Part shown: positions 1-8,371 of the stretch, piece by piece
How the letters are laid out: the number at the start of each line of letters is the position of its first letter
How positions within the stretch are numbered: position 1 is the first letter of the stretch
IMG/VR virus record: IMGVR_UViG_3300020160_002696
Coordinates: 22,851-86,850 of that record
Source of the DNA: a virus
DNA: 64,000 nt
Strand: one strand, 5' to 3'
Notes under the pieces: model-generated
The model's database searches: none
Told to the model about the DNA's origin: nothing
The model's input: only the letters and a program-made list of their open reading frames with translations
Made by a program: the position numbers and the translations under genes

Positions 1-883
1 AGAAATCTGTTGAACAAGTTGGACATTTACCAGAATCATAAAGGTCAATTTCTCTTTGTACATTTCTAATGTCATTTTGAGTAGAACTTAGTTGTCTTTT
101 CTCAATATCTAACTCATCTGAAAGTATTGTTTCTTTTTCTTTAATTTTATCAACCTTTTCTTTAAGAAGCTTATAGTCATCTTTTTTAGAGTTCATTTCA
201 TCTGTAAGAGTATCAATTTCTTGTTGTAAATTTTCTTTCTCTTTTTCAATTGCTTTTTCAATAGATCTTTTAATAGAATCAATAGAGTCTTCTAATGTTC
301 TTATCTCTGAATCTAAAGAAGCTAATCTTATTTTATTGTTTTTATTTATATCTTTAAGAATACCATTAAGAATATTAATTACCTCTAAGTTAAATAACTT
401 ATCTAACAATAATTGTTTTTCTTCATTTGTTAATGATATAAAGTTTTTAAAGTCATTGATAGACATAGATATAAATGATTTGAATGTTTCAATATCTAAT
501 CCAATATACTTTTCAATTTTATCATCAATATTTGCTTTACCTGCTCTTTCATTAGGTACTCCATTTTCAATAAGGTTTAGAACACTTGGTCCAATACCTC
601 TTTGTATTTCAACATCTGTTCCATTAGCAACAAATTTTATTCTATTCAATAATTCACCATTGATTCTGTTTGGCAAGGAAGATAATTTATGCCATTTTTT
701 TGCTTTACCTGACTTTACTTTTCCATAAAGTGAGTATTCAAAGGATTCAAGTAATGAAGATTTACCATTACCATTGTTTCCTACAAGAAGAACTAACTCT
801 CCTTTTTCTGTATTTAATTTTAATACTTGTTCATTATTACCAAAAGATTTATAACCTCTAATTCCTATTTCACTTATTAACAT
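1..883 (-). CDS. T4 gp46/SbcC/Rad50-like recombination ATPase (5' part; runs off the window start)
   Basis: Not in the ORF track. Manual translation from ATG at 883: MLISEIGIRGYKSFGNNEQ..., Walker A GNNGNGKSS, coiled coil, zinc-hook GKCPTC near position 20. Confidence 0.92.
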   Translation of the reverse strand, partial: MLISEIGIRGYKSFGNNEQVLKLNTEKGELVLLVGNNGNGKSSLLESFEYSLYGKVKSGKAKKWHKLSSLPNRINGELLNRIKFVANGTDVEIQRGIGPSVLNLIENGVPNERAGKANIDDKIEKYIGLDIETFKSFISMSINDFKNFISLTNEEKQLLLDKLFNLEVINILNGILKDINKNNKIRLASLDSEIRTLEDSIDSIKRSIEKAIEKEKENLQQEIDTLTDEMNSKKDDYKLLKEKVDKIKEKETILSDELDIEKRQLSSTQNDIRNVQREIDLYDSGKCPTCSTDF

Positions 884-914
884 TTATTAGTTTGACTTTT
901 TCTTTTTATATAAA

Positions 915-938
915 AAAAGTCAACCTAAGTTGACTTTT
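915..938. terminator. Intrinsic terminator-like hairpin
   Basis: AAAAGTCAAC-CTAA-GTTGACTTTT inverted repeat with A/T tails at the end of ORF 937..1230. Confidence 0.6.
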
Positions 939-1230
939 ATTCTTCTGCTTCTCCAAAGTAATAATCTAAATCTATTTCATCTAAAGTATTTATAATTTCA
1001 TTGTAAGGCACTAGCTTTTCTACTATTTCTAAAACTAATTTGTTATAACCTTTCCAGTTTTCAATTGAACATCCAAGAATTTCTTCCAATGTTTCATCTA
1101 CTGTTAAGGTAACAAATTGATTCTTATAGTAAAAAGTGGCCTCATAGTATTCATCTTCATAATTCAATGATAGAATTACTAATACACCATCTTCTATTTT
1201 ACCTAAATATTCAATTATATCAAATTTCAT
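937..1230 (-). CDS. Hypothetical acidic protein
   Basis: 97-aa ORF, TAATG coupling with the upstream gene. Confidence 0.75.
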   Translation of the reverse strand: MKFDIIEYLGKIEDGVLVILSLNYEDEYYEATFYYKNQFVTLTVDETLEEILGCSIENWKGYNKLVLEIVEKLVPYNEIINTLDEIDLDYYFGEAEE

Positions 1231-1454
1231 TATCCTAAAATAGTTTCAATTTTTTCATCTCTTTCTTCTTGAGATAAATTTTTTAAAAATCCACCTCTTA
1301 TTAAAGTATTCATAATACTTATAGCTTGTTTTGTTCTACCATCAACATATGAACTCATCATATCTCTATAATAGTCATGTATATTTCTTCTCTCATCTTC
1401 TGTTTTCAGACTTGATACTTTATCAAGATCCAAATAATAATCTTCTAACTTCAT
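1230..1454 (-). CDS. Hypothetical protein with C-terminal RxxKIxxILG motif
   Basis: Likely start ATG 1454 (MKLEDYY), which avoids overlap with the upstream gene; ends EERDEKIETILG. Confidence 0.75.
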   Translation of the reverse strand: MKLEDYYLDLDKVSSLKTEDERRNIHDYYRDMMSSYVDGRTKQAISIMNTLIRGGFLKNLSQEERDEKIETILG

Positions 1455-1461
1455 TTTATAA

Positions 1462-1731
1462 TTATATTTTTTCTCCAACAACAAATTCCAATTTATGAAA
1501 TTTATTATCAGTTCCAGTAAATACAATTTGAATTTTGTCAACATCAACAAATTCTTTTGCCATACCAGTTACTTCATTAATCATAACATCTTTTTTATAG
1601 ACAACATCAATTGATGGTTCTTCTCCTAAAAATCTACGCATATCTTCTAATATCTTTGATATTTTCCAATCATCATTTTTGAAATCTATATTAGACATAT
1701 ATTGTCTAATTGAGTGTTCTTTTAAATCCAT
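1462..1731 (-). CDS. Hypothetical protein
   Basis: 89-aa ORF in a co-directional operon. Confidence 0.75.
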   Translation of the reverse strand: MDLKEHSIRQYMSNIDFKNDDWKISKILEDMRRFLGEEPSIDVVYKKDVMINEVTGMAKEFVDVDKIQIVFTGTDNKFHKLEFVVGEKI

Positions 1732-1747
1732 TTTTATATTTTATTTT

Positions 1748-2080
1748 TTAAAAACTACCTTTATCTAAGTAGTATGTATTGTTGTTTGTTATTAGTTCAA
1801 AGTTATCATGTAATGTTTGACAGCGTTCTTGGAATGATAATAAGTCTTCGTCAGTTAAATTAAACCATTCACCTCTTACTTTTTTGTTTTTAAAGGCTCT
1901 ATGTAAACTTGCTTCTATCTTTGTTCCCCACTTTGACCTAAAAGAGTCTATTATATAAAATTCTGATGCATTACCAGTCTTGAACTCTTTAATTCTTTCA
2001 TCTATACTTCTTTTTGTGTAACCTATTTTGTGTAGTTTCATACCATTAATTTCAGAACACACTAAGTAAATATTTATCAT
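1748..2080 (-). CDS. GIY-YIG superfamily (T5orf172/MUG113-like) protein
   Basis: IYLV..KIGYTK..ERIKEFKTGN..IEASLH..RGEWF pattern. Confidence 0.8.
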   Translation of the reverse strand: MINIYLVCSEINGMKLHKIGYTKRSIDERIKEFKTGNASEFYIIDSFRSKWGTKIEASLHRAFKNKKVRGEWFNLTDEDLLSFQERCQTLHDNFELITNNNTYYLDKGSF

Positions 2081-2093
2081 AAGGTATATATTA

Positions 2094-2486
2094 CTACCTC
2101 ATGACCCTCTTTTTAGTTTTCTTTATAGGTTTTCTATATATCTCTATTAATCCATTTGAATATTCAATTCTCTCATAAAAATATTTAATTGATACTAAAT
2201 TATGTTTTCTAACTATCTCTAATCTACCAATCACTTTAGCATCTTTTATATTTACTATGTAAGGTCCATTCTTTAATTTTCTATAGTTTCTCAAAACAGT
2301 ATCACAAACTTCTCTTCTTATAAGAGGTCTTGATTTATAATTAGAATAAACTACCATTGAATCAGAACCTCTGACATTACTTATACTTTCCATTCCATCA
2401 TAACCATGGTTATAATATTCAACTTTTTTCTGTGAATAAACAAATGTTGTTATAAACAAAAATAATAATATACTAATCTTTCTCAT
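2094..2486 (-). CDS. Putative exported protein with N-terminal signal peptide
   Basis: Likely start MRKISILLFLFITTFVYSQ (Bacteroidota-style signal peptide ending before Q). Confidence 0.65.
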   Translation of the reverse strand: MRKISILLFLFITTFVYSQKKVEYYNHGYDGMESISNVRGSDSMVVYSNYKSRPLIRREVCDTVLRNYRKLKNGPYIVNIKDAKVIGRLEIVRKHNLVSIKYFYERIEYSNGLIEIYRKPIKKTKKRVMR

Positions 2487-2643
2487 ATATGGAAACTCCA
2501 GGACTAATAAATATAGATTCATTCTTAGGTGGTAAACCTAATATTCTTCTTATTTTAATTTTACGTAAATTATTCTTAGGTATTCTGATGTATGTATTGT
2601 CAGAATAAGTGGTATAAACACCAGGTTTCATATAGACTGACAT
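2473..2643 (-). CDS. 56-aa mini-protein with sheath-like (S/K)PGV motifs and RKIKIRRILG
   Basis: Not in the ORF track: MSVYMKPGVYTTYSDNTYIRIPKNNLRKIKIRRILGLPPKNESIFISPGVSIYEKD; TAATG-coupled to the upstream gene and fills the gap exactly. Confidence 0.7.
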   Translation of the reverse strand: MSVYMKPGVYTTYSDNTYIRIPKNNLRKIKIRRILGLPPKNESIFISPGVSIYEKD

Positions 2644-3098
2644 TATATTGTAGTTGAATTTGTTGCACCATAAACAAAATCCATATAGAATAGGTGACCA
2701 CTTGGACCACTTGGTTTAATATAATCAGGATGATCCTCAGTCTTCATTTCCTCAAAATCTTTACCTTCAACAAGAGCATCAATTTTTCTATCTCTATTTT
2801 CTATCTTAACTTCTTGTTTGATTTTCTTCATTTCATCACCAGAATTACCACCACCTATTGGTGCTACTGATACTAAATCTTGTCCTATTGTTTGAGCAGC
2901 AACTCTCATTGCAATTGGTAGTAAACTACCATAATCAGGTTGTGAAGTTATTATACTATCTGGTGCAGTAACTATTTCATTAGTGGCATGTAGTTCAGCA
3001 TATTGTGACATCCACTCTTTTTTATCTTCTGAGATTTTCATACTATTAAGTACTGAATCCCATTTCTTTAGTGTTTCTTCTTTGTTTAATTTTTCCAT
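2643..3098 (-). CDS. Truncated major-capsid-protein (gp23-like) paralog, N-terminal fragment only
   Basis: KKWDSVL, LLPIAMRVAAQTIGQDLVSVAP and SGPSGHLFYMDFVYG resemble the gp23 N-terminal region; only 151 aa. Confidence 0.7.
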   Translation of the reverse strand: MEKLNKEETLKKWDSVLNSMKISEDKKEWMSQYAELHATNEIVTAPDSIITSQPDYGSLLPIAMRVAAQTIGQDLVSVAPIGGGNSGDEMKKIKQEVKIENRDRKIDALVEGKDFEEMKTEDHPDYIKPSGPSGHLFYMDFVYGATNSTTI

Positions 3099-3139
3099 AA
3101 AAAAAGTTTTCTATTTATATAGAAAACTTTATAATATGT

Positions 3140-3529
3140 TTATTCTAAACCATATTCTGATTTTATCTCATCAAATAATTCTGAGTAATCATCATCACTC
3201 ATATCTTTATCATAAGTACTTTTATACCAGCTAATCATTTCTCCAATAACAACATCTTGTGCTTCACCATTATTGTGGTCAATATACCAATCATATTCTG
3301 AATCATAATCTTCTTCCCAATCAGGATCTACCCATTCCATAATTTCAAGATCATATCTAGAAGCAACTTCATTATCAGAATATTCTTCTTTTATTCTTGT
3401 AATTGCCAAATCTAAGTCAAATTGACCTGTAGATGTTTCTTGTTTAGTATCATCTTTGTCATCAAATCCTAATACTGGGTTAATGTTTTCATCATCACTG
3501 ATGTCTTCAAATGTTTTTATGTATTTCAT
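3140..3529 (-). CDS. Acidic hypothetical protein with N-terminal leader motif
   Basis: Starts MKYIKTFED. Confidence 0.8.
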   Translation of the reverse strand: MKYIKTFEDISDDENINPVLGFDDKDDTKQETSTGQFDLDLAITRIKEEYSDNEVASRYDLEIMEWVDPDWEEDYDSEYDWYIDHNNGEAQDVVIGEMISWYKSTYDKDMSDDDYSELFDEIKSEYGLE

Positions 3530-3536
3530 AGTATTT

Positions 3537-4016
3537 TTATTTATGTTTTCCTTCTAATATCATTATATCAAACTCACTATCTTTCATAGCAAGTGCAAAT
3601 GTGTGTCCTAATTGTTCTACTTTATGTTGAACATCTTGTGCAACCTCCATAAACCCATAAGTCTTGGAAGTAGGTATTCCAAATGCTCTTCCATTTCTTT
3701 GTTGGTCAGCAGTCAATATATCATATGTTTCTCTAAATCTTATTATATAACCTTTGTAATAACCTTTTATATCTTTAATATTACCTGCTGCAGTTCTATC
3801 TTCATGTTCTTGATATAAATCATCAAAACTTTTATCAGATGTTCTAACTGCATATAAATCTCCACTCTCATCTTCTAAATTCCAACGTCTTTGTAAATGA
3901 TAGTTTATTGTATAAGTAAGATTATGGTCTCCAAACTCAGTTAGTAAAAATCTTAGTTTATCTTCATCTTCAAATATATCATTTGATAAACTCTCTGTAA
4001 ACTTTCTCATTCTCAT
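3537..4016 (-). CDS. Hypothetical protein with N-terminal leader motif
   Basis: Starts MRMRKFTES. Confidence 0.8.
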   Translation of the reverse strand: MRMRKFTESLSNDIFEDEDKLRFLLTEFGDHNLTYTINYHLQRRWNLEDESGDLYAVRTSDKSFDDLYQEHEDRTAAGNIKDIKGYYKGYIIRFRETYDILTADQQRNGRAFGIPTSKTYGFMEVAQDVQHKVEQLGHTFALAMKDSEFDIMILEGKHK

Positions 4017-4975
4017 TATTTCAATTTTATATGTATATTTAACCAGAATGATTGGGCTTTAACACTTATTAAAACTTTATCAGACCATTTTTTACTTAAT
4101 ATCCAGTTACTAAAGTTACCTTTAATATTAAATAATTCTCCTTCATCTAATTTACCATTATCCCATTTACCAATACCATAATAACCAAATGATAAAACTT
4201 TATCAACTAATGTTGGTTTTGACCTTTGTTCATGATAACCTGGTGTAAAATCTTTCATATCTGTTTTTATCTTACCTAATAAAAGAATATCTTGATATGA
4301 TAAATTAACTAACTCTTTTTTCAAAGAAGCTGCAGATTTTAAGTCTAATTGAACAATCCATTTAATTACAGATTGTGATAATTTGAATTGACCAATTGGT
4401 AATGATTCTTCATAAGAAATACCATACTCAAATTTACCATCACATTTAATACCAAAGTATAAATCAACTTCATTTTTTGCATAGTCAATCATCTCTACAT
4501 ATTTAGATAAAGATTTGAATCTACTAAATACTATCTTAACATCATCAGAAATCAATTTTGGATAGTGATAGAACAACAAAAACTCATCAGGTGACTTATC
4601 TAATGTTGGTTGTCCATTCTTCTGTCCTAAGGCAGTTAATGCTTTCAAAAAAGAATTAAATATACCTTTTCCTGCTAATGTAATTTCAGATTCTAAAAGG
4701 TCTTCAACTTCTGTAGAAGCAGATACTTTAGCTTCTGGATGTTCTTGTAAACCATTTTGTTGATAATCTTCAATTTGTTTCTTTATATCAGCTTGTTCTC
4801 TTGAATCTAATAGGTTAATAGCATTTGATAGTTTAATATCAGGTGTTATTTCACCTAAAAATCTATTTACTATATTTTTAATGTATTCATCATCATATAA
4901 TGATTCAACCCATTCTCCTATAGAGTTGAAGTCTTCTTTACTTTCTTTGATGAATTCTAAATATTTCTTTATCAT
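4016..4975 (-). CDS. Hypothetical protein with N-terminal leader motif
   Basis: Starts MIKKYLEFIKES; TAATATATA immediately upstream. Confidence 0.85.
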   Translation of the reverse strand: MIKKYLEFIKESKEDFNSIGEWVESLYDDEYIKNIVNRFLGEITPDIKLSNAINLLDSREQADIKKQIEDYQQNGLQEHPEAKVSASTEVEDLLESEITLAGKGIFNSFLKALTALGQKNGQPTLDKSPDEFLLFYHYPKLISDDVKIVFSRFKSLSKYVEMIDYAKNEVDLYFGIKCDGKFEYGISYEESLPIGQFKLSQSVIKWIVQLDLKSAASLKKELVNLSYQDILLLGKIKTDMKDFTPGYHEQRSKPTLVDKVLSFGYYGIGKWDNGKLDEGELFNIKGNFSNWILSKKWSDKVLISVKAQSFWLNIHIKLK

Positions 4976-5030
4976 AGTCTATATATTAAATTATATGATT
5001 ACTTTTTTACTTTGGTTGTGTACATGTATT

Positions 5031-5183
5031 TCAAACATTATTTATTAAATCTAATTGTTCTTGAGTTAATACTTCCATATTACAAGTAGTAATAAAAATA
5101 CTAAGATCTTGTGGATTATTAATTATTGAATTAAATTCATCTTCATTTAATCCTTGAATTTCTAAAAATTGATTTTCTTCCAT
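5031..5183 (-). CDS. Small acidic protein (50 aa), possible fibre chaperone
   Basis: Manual translation MEENQFLEIQGLNEDEF..., TAATG-coupled to the fibre operon. Confidence 0.55.
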   Translation of the reverse strand: MEENQFLEIQGLNEDEFNSIINNPQDLSIFITTCNMEVLTQEQLDLINNV

Positions 5184-6544
5184 TAGCTTATATTTATTTT
5201 GAATCTTCCACTATAAGTAACACCTGCAATTGTTGAGAATGTATATGAACTAATTTTCAAGTTTTGTGTTGTACTTAAAGTTAAATCTTGTAAAGTTATT
5301 GTTGTTGATGCATTGGCAAATCTACCAAATGTAGATAATAGTGATATATTTGCGGATGATCCTATACCAATTACATCAAAATCAATAGATGATCTTTGAG
5401 TTGTATCACCATATAATGAATATGAACTTGTTCCAACTCTAGTAAGAATTGGTGTAGTAGTTTTTATGGTATCTGTTTTGATTTTAAAATTGACTGGATT
5501 TCTTAATTCTGTATAACAAAATCTACCATCAGGTAAACTAATACCAGTAGTTCTTAAATCTAATGTGAATGAATCAGTTAAATTAAATTGTTCACTTACC
5601 ACCATCATATCAGGTGTAAAAACTATAGAATTTTCTGTAGTTGTAATAGGTAGTTCAACTATAAAACCCTGAAATACACCAAGTACACCAAGTGTTGATG
5701 TTGAGGTTGTGTTTGTATTTGGTGAGTATTGATTACTATAAAAATAACTACCACCAACGGATCCATTTGTTCTTAACCATTCATACATTATCCCAGTTAA
5801 AAATGAATTAGCACTCATAAATTTATTCATATCTATTGGAGCAGAATAAGGATTTGATATAAGTATATATGAAAGTGAATTAATTGAATTTTTCTCAAAA
5901 GGTATTCTTATAACACCAGAATTGAGCTTTCCAGTAACACTAACATTATTTGTAGTTATAGTCCAAGGTGCAGGTGTTAGTGAGAATGTATTTGGTGTTC
6001 TGATTAAAAATCCAGTTCCAGGTATAAATATACTTGCTGCAACATTAACACCCACATTGGTGGCATTAAAGTAGTAAAATTCAGAATGTAAATTTGAAAG
6101 AGGATTATATACATAAAATCTATTACTTAATGTTCCAGTTGATAGTGATTGTGTAGTTTTACCACCTATTGGATCACCCAATTGTCTATAATCTAATCTA
6201 GCTACATTAAAAGGTAAAGTTCTTGATATAGTAAGTTTAACACTTGTTGTATCAACATTAGGATTATATAAAGCCAATGCTCCATTACTGGATATGTTAA
6301 AAGTTACCCCAGAGGCAGCCTGTGTTATGTTTCTATTTACTCTAATATATGTATTTGTTGATATTGTAATTGTTCCACTATCTAAAAATAAATCTAAACA
6401 ACTTATACTACCATGAGTAGCTGTTGTATATGTACCAGCTATTCTTGCTATCATATTTACATTTGGAGTACCATTATTCCAAGAAGAACCATTCCAAGTT
6501 GTTGTAGTTCCAAATCCCAATGTAGATGGAGTAATATTTCTCAT
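5183..6544 (-). CDS. Putative virion adhesin / receptor-binding protein resembling Flavobacteriia surface proteins
   Basis: TTTWNGSSWNNGTP, LISNPYSAPIDMNKF and QGFIV motifs; S/T/N-rich beta protein at the end of the fibre operon. Confidence 0.55.
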   Translation of the reverse strand: MRNITPSTLGFGTTTTWNGSSWNNGTPNVNMIARIAGTYTTATHGSISCLDLFLDSGTITISTNTYIRVNRNITQAASGVTFNISSNGALALYNPNVDTTSVKLTISRTLPFNVARLDYRQLGDPIGGKTTQSLSTGTLSNRFYVYNPLSNLHSEFYYFNATNVGVNVAASIFIPGTGFLIRTPNTFSLTPAPWTITTNNVSVTGKLNSGVIRIPFEKNSINSLSYILISNPYSAPIDMNKFMSANSFLTGIMYEWLRTNGSVGGSYFYSNQYSPNTNTTSTSTLGVLGVFQGFIVELPITTTENSIVFTPDMMVVSEQFNLTDSFTLDLRTTGISLPDGRFCYTELRNPVNFKIKTDTIKTTTPILTRVGTSSYSLYGDTTQRSSIDFDVIGIGSSANISLLSTFGRFANASTTITLQDLTLSTTQNLKISSYTFSTIAGVTYSGRFKINIS

Positions 6545-8298
6545 TATGCAAATTTTAATTTTCCACTTACTATAACTTCTGGACTAGATGCAGAATAAAC
6601 TAATATATCTGCTAGTGAGTTAGCTCCATATGTAGTAGCAACAACATCACTTGTTGTACTAATAACTACACCTGATCCAACCACAGTTATTTGTCCTGAT
6701 GACTTTTGTAATAATGTAATTGATGTTCCTTCTACAAATGTTAAAGATGAGGTTAGTAGTAGGTTTATACTAGCAGTACCAGTATAAACTAATGTCTTTA
6801 AAAAATCATTATCTGTCACTGTGTAAGTTCCTGAAATAATACTTGAAGTTATGTTACTAAAAGAGTAATATTGACTTCCAGTTGGACCTTGACTTCCAGT
6901 TGGACCTTGACTTCCAGTTGGACCTTGACTTCCAGTTGGACCTTGACTTCCAGTTGGACCAATATCACCAGGTACACCAACTGCCCCGGATAAGTTAATT
7001 TGCCAATTAGAGTATGTTTGACCTGACAATCCATTATCCTCTGTACATGTAACACTCATTGTTCCAGTCAATGGAAAGTAACTATTAATAATAGCATGAA
7101 AATGGTCAGTTGGATTATCATTAGGTGATACTATTATAGTTTGTGATGGTGTATATGCTAATGATGTACCAACTAAAAAATCTCTCTCAAATCCAATTTC
7201 TGGTATAGTAAAAGTATCTGATGAAGTAGTTGAGTATCTATCACCATCAGCACCAGTAGGACCTTGTGGACCATCAGTACCAGTAGGACCTTGTGGACCA
7301 GTAGTACCTTGTGGACCAGTAGGACCATCAGCACCAGTAGGACCTTGTGGACCATCAGTACCAGTAGGACCTTGTGGACCATCAGCACCAGTAAGACCTT
7401 GTGGACCAGTAGGACCTTGTGGACCAGTAGGACCTTGTGGACCAGTTGCACCAATAAAAACACTATTATTTATTAATAAAGTATCTTGATTACTGGATAA
7501 AATTAAAGGAGATGCAGTTGTACCTAAATTAATATTACTTACAACTAATGATTCACCATCAGTTGATAAAGGAACACCACCAATATAAATTGTTTGTCCT
7601 GAAACATGTAAACTTTTCCATTGTGATGCACTTGTTCCTAAGTTGTATATACTATCTTGAGATGGTATAATATCAGTTATAATATTGGTAAATCTAGATT
7701 CTACATAATTTATGATATAATTTTGTACATTTTTATCAATTAACAAAGGAACTTTTTGAGTTAAAATATCTATTTGCTCTCTTAATTTAATTAATGATAA
7801 TTTTGACTCATTTGAAGTAGAAAACTCTAAAGTAATTATTCTATTACTCTTTAGATTTATTTTTAATAAATTACCAGATACATTAGTATTATTAATAGTA
7901 AATGGATCAATAGTATATTTTACAACTAAATCTATACCAAGTATTTTAATATTTCTATCTGATTGTGCTAAAGGTCTTAAAAAAGTATCATAACTATAAG
8001 GAGCAGTTGTATAACCAACTACAGGTTGTGAATTGTCAATATAATCATTTGTTTGTAACAATGTTGATATTTGTTCAAGTAATATAGATTTTGCTAAAAT
8101 AGGCTCATCAGTATTGATAAAGTCTAATTTAATTTCTTTACTACTTTTTAAGATAATTCTAAGTAAATTAACTTCGTCTATAACATCAGTTATAAATGTT
8201 GGTTTAACAGTATAAGTTAAACTACCAGTATTATCATAAAATTTAATGTTTTTATCAGAACCAATTGGCTTTAAGAAACTATTACTACTATAACTCAT
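6544..8298 (-). CDS. Collagen-like tail/capsid fibre protein
   Basis: Two Gly-X-Y tracts ([12 protein letters not shown]); duplicated N-terminal module. Confidence 0.8.
   Translation of the reverse strand: MSYSSNSFLKPIGSDKNIKFYDNTGSLTYTVKPTFITDVIDEVNLLRIILKSSKEIKLDFINTDEPILAKSILLEQISTLLQTNDYIDNSQPVVGYTTAPYSYDTFLRPLAQSDRNIKILGIDLVVKYTIDPFTINNTNVSGNLLKINLKSNRIITLEFSTSNESKLSLIKLREQIDILTQKVPLLIDKNVQNYIINYVESRFTNIITDIIPSQDSIYNLGTSASQWKSLHVSGQTIYIGGVPLSTDGESLVVSNINLGTTASPLILSSNQDTLLINNSVFIGATGPQGPTGPQGPTGPQGLTGADGPQGPTGTDGPQGPTGADGPTGPQGTTGPQGPTGTDGPQGPTGADGDRYSTTSSDTFTIPEIGFERDFLVGTSLAYTPSQTIIVSPNDNPTDHFHAIINSYFPLTGTMSVTCTEDNGLSGQTYSNWQINLSGAVGVPGDIGPTGSQGPTGSQGPTGSQGPTGSQGPTGSQYYSFSNITSSIISGTYTVTDNDFLKTLVYTGTASINLLLTSSLTFVEGTSITLLQKSSGQITVVGSGVVISTTSDVVATTYGANSLADILVYSASSPEVIVSGKLKFA
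6871..6960. repeat. Five perfect 18-bp tandem repeats (encode GPTGSQ)
   Basis: TTGACTTCCAGTTGGACC x5. Confidence 0.95.
7242..7452. repeat. Collagen GXY-encoding 9/18/27-bp repeats
   Basis: Recurring CCAGTAGGACCTTGTGGA units. Confidence 0.9.
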
Positions 8299-8371
8299 TA
8301 TCTATAAATATTTTTATTAAAGTATATATAAAAAATTATAAGTCAAATTATAAGTCAATCTGATAGTATGT

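Noticed and set aside
336-861. Plus-strand ORFs 336..728 and 670..861
   Set aside because: Antisense shadows of the gp46/SbcC gene on the minus strand.
6849-7476. Repetitive ORFs (VQLEVK, LLVHKV, SRTLWT) and a possible CRISPR-like array
   Set aside because: Alternative frames of the collagen repeats; the repeats are contiguous with no unique spacers.
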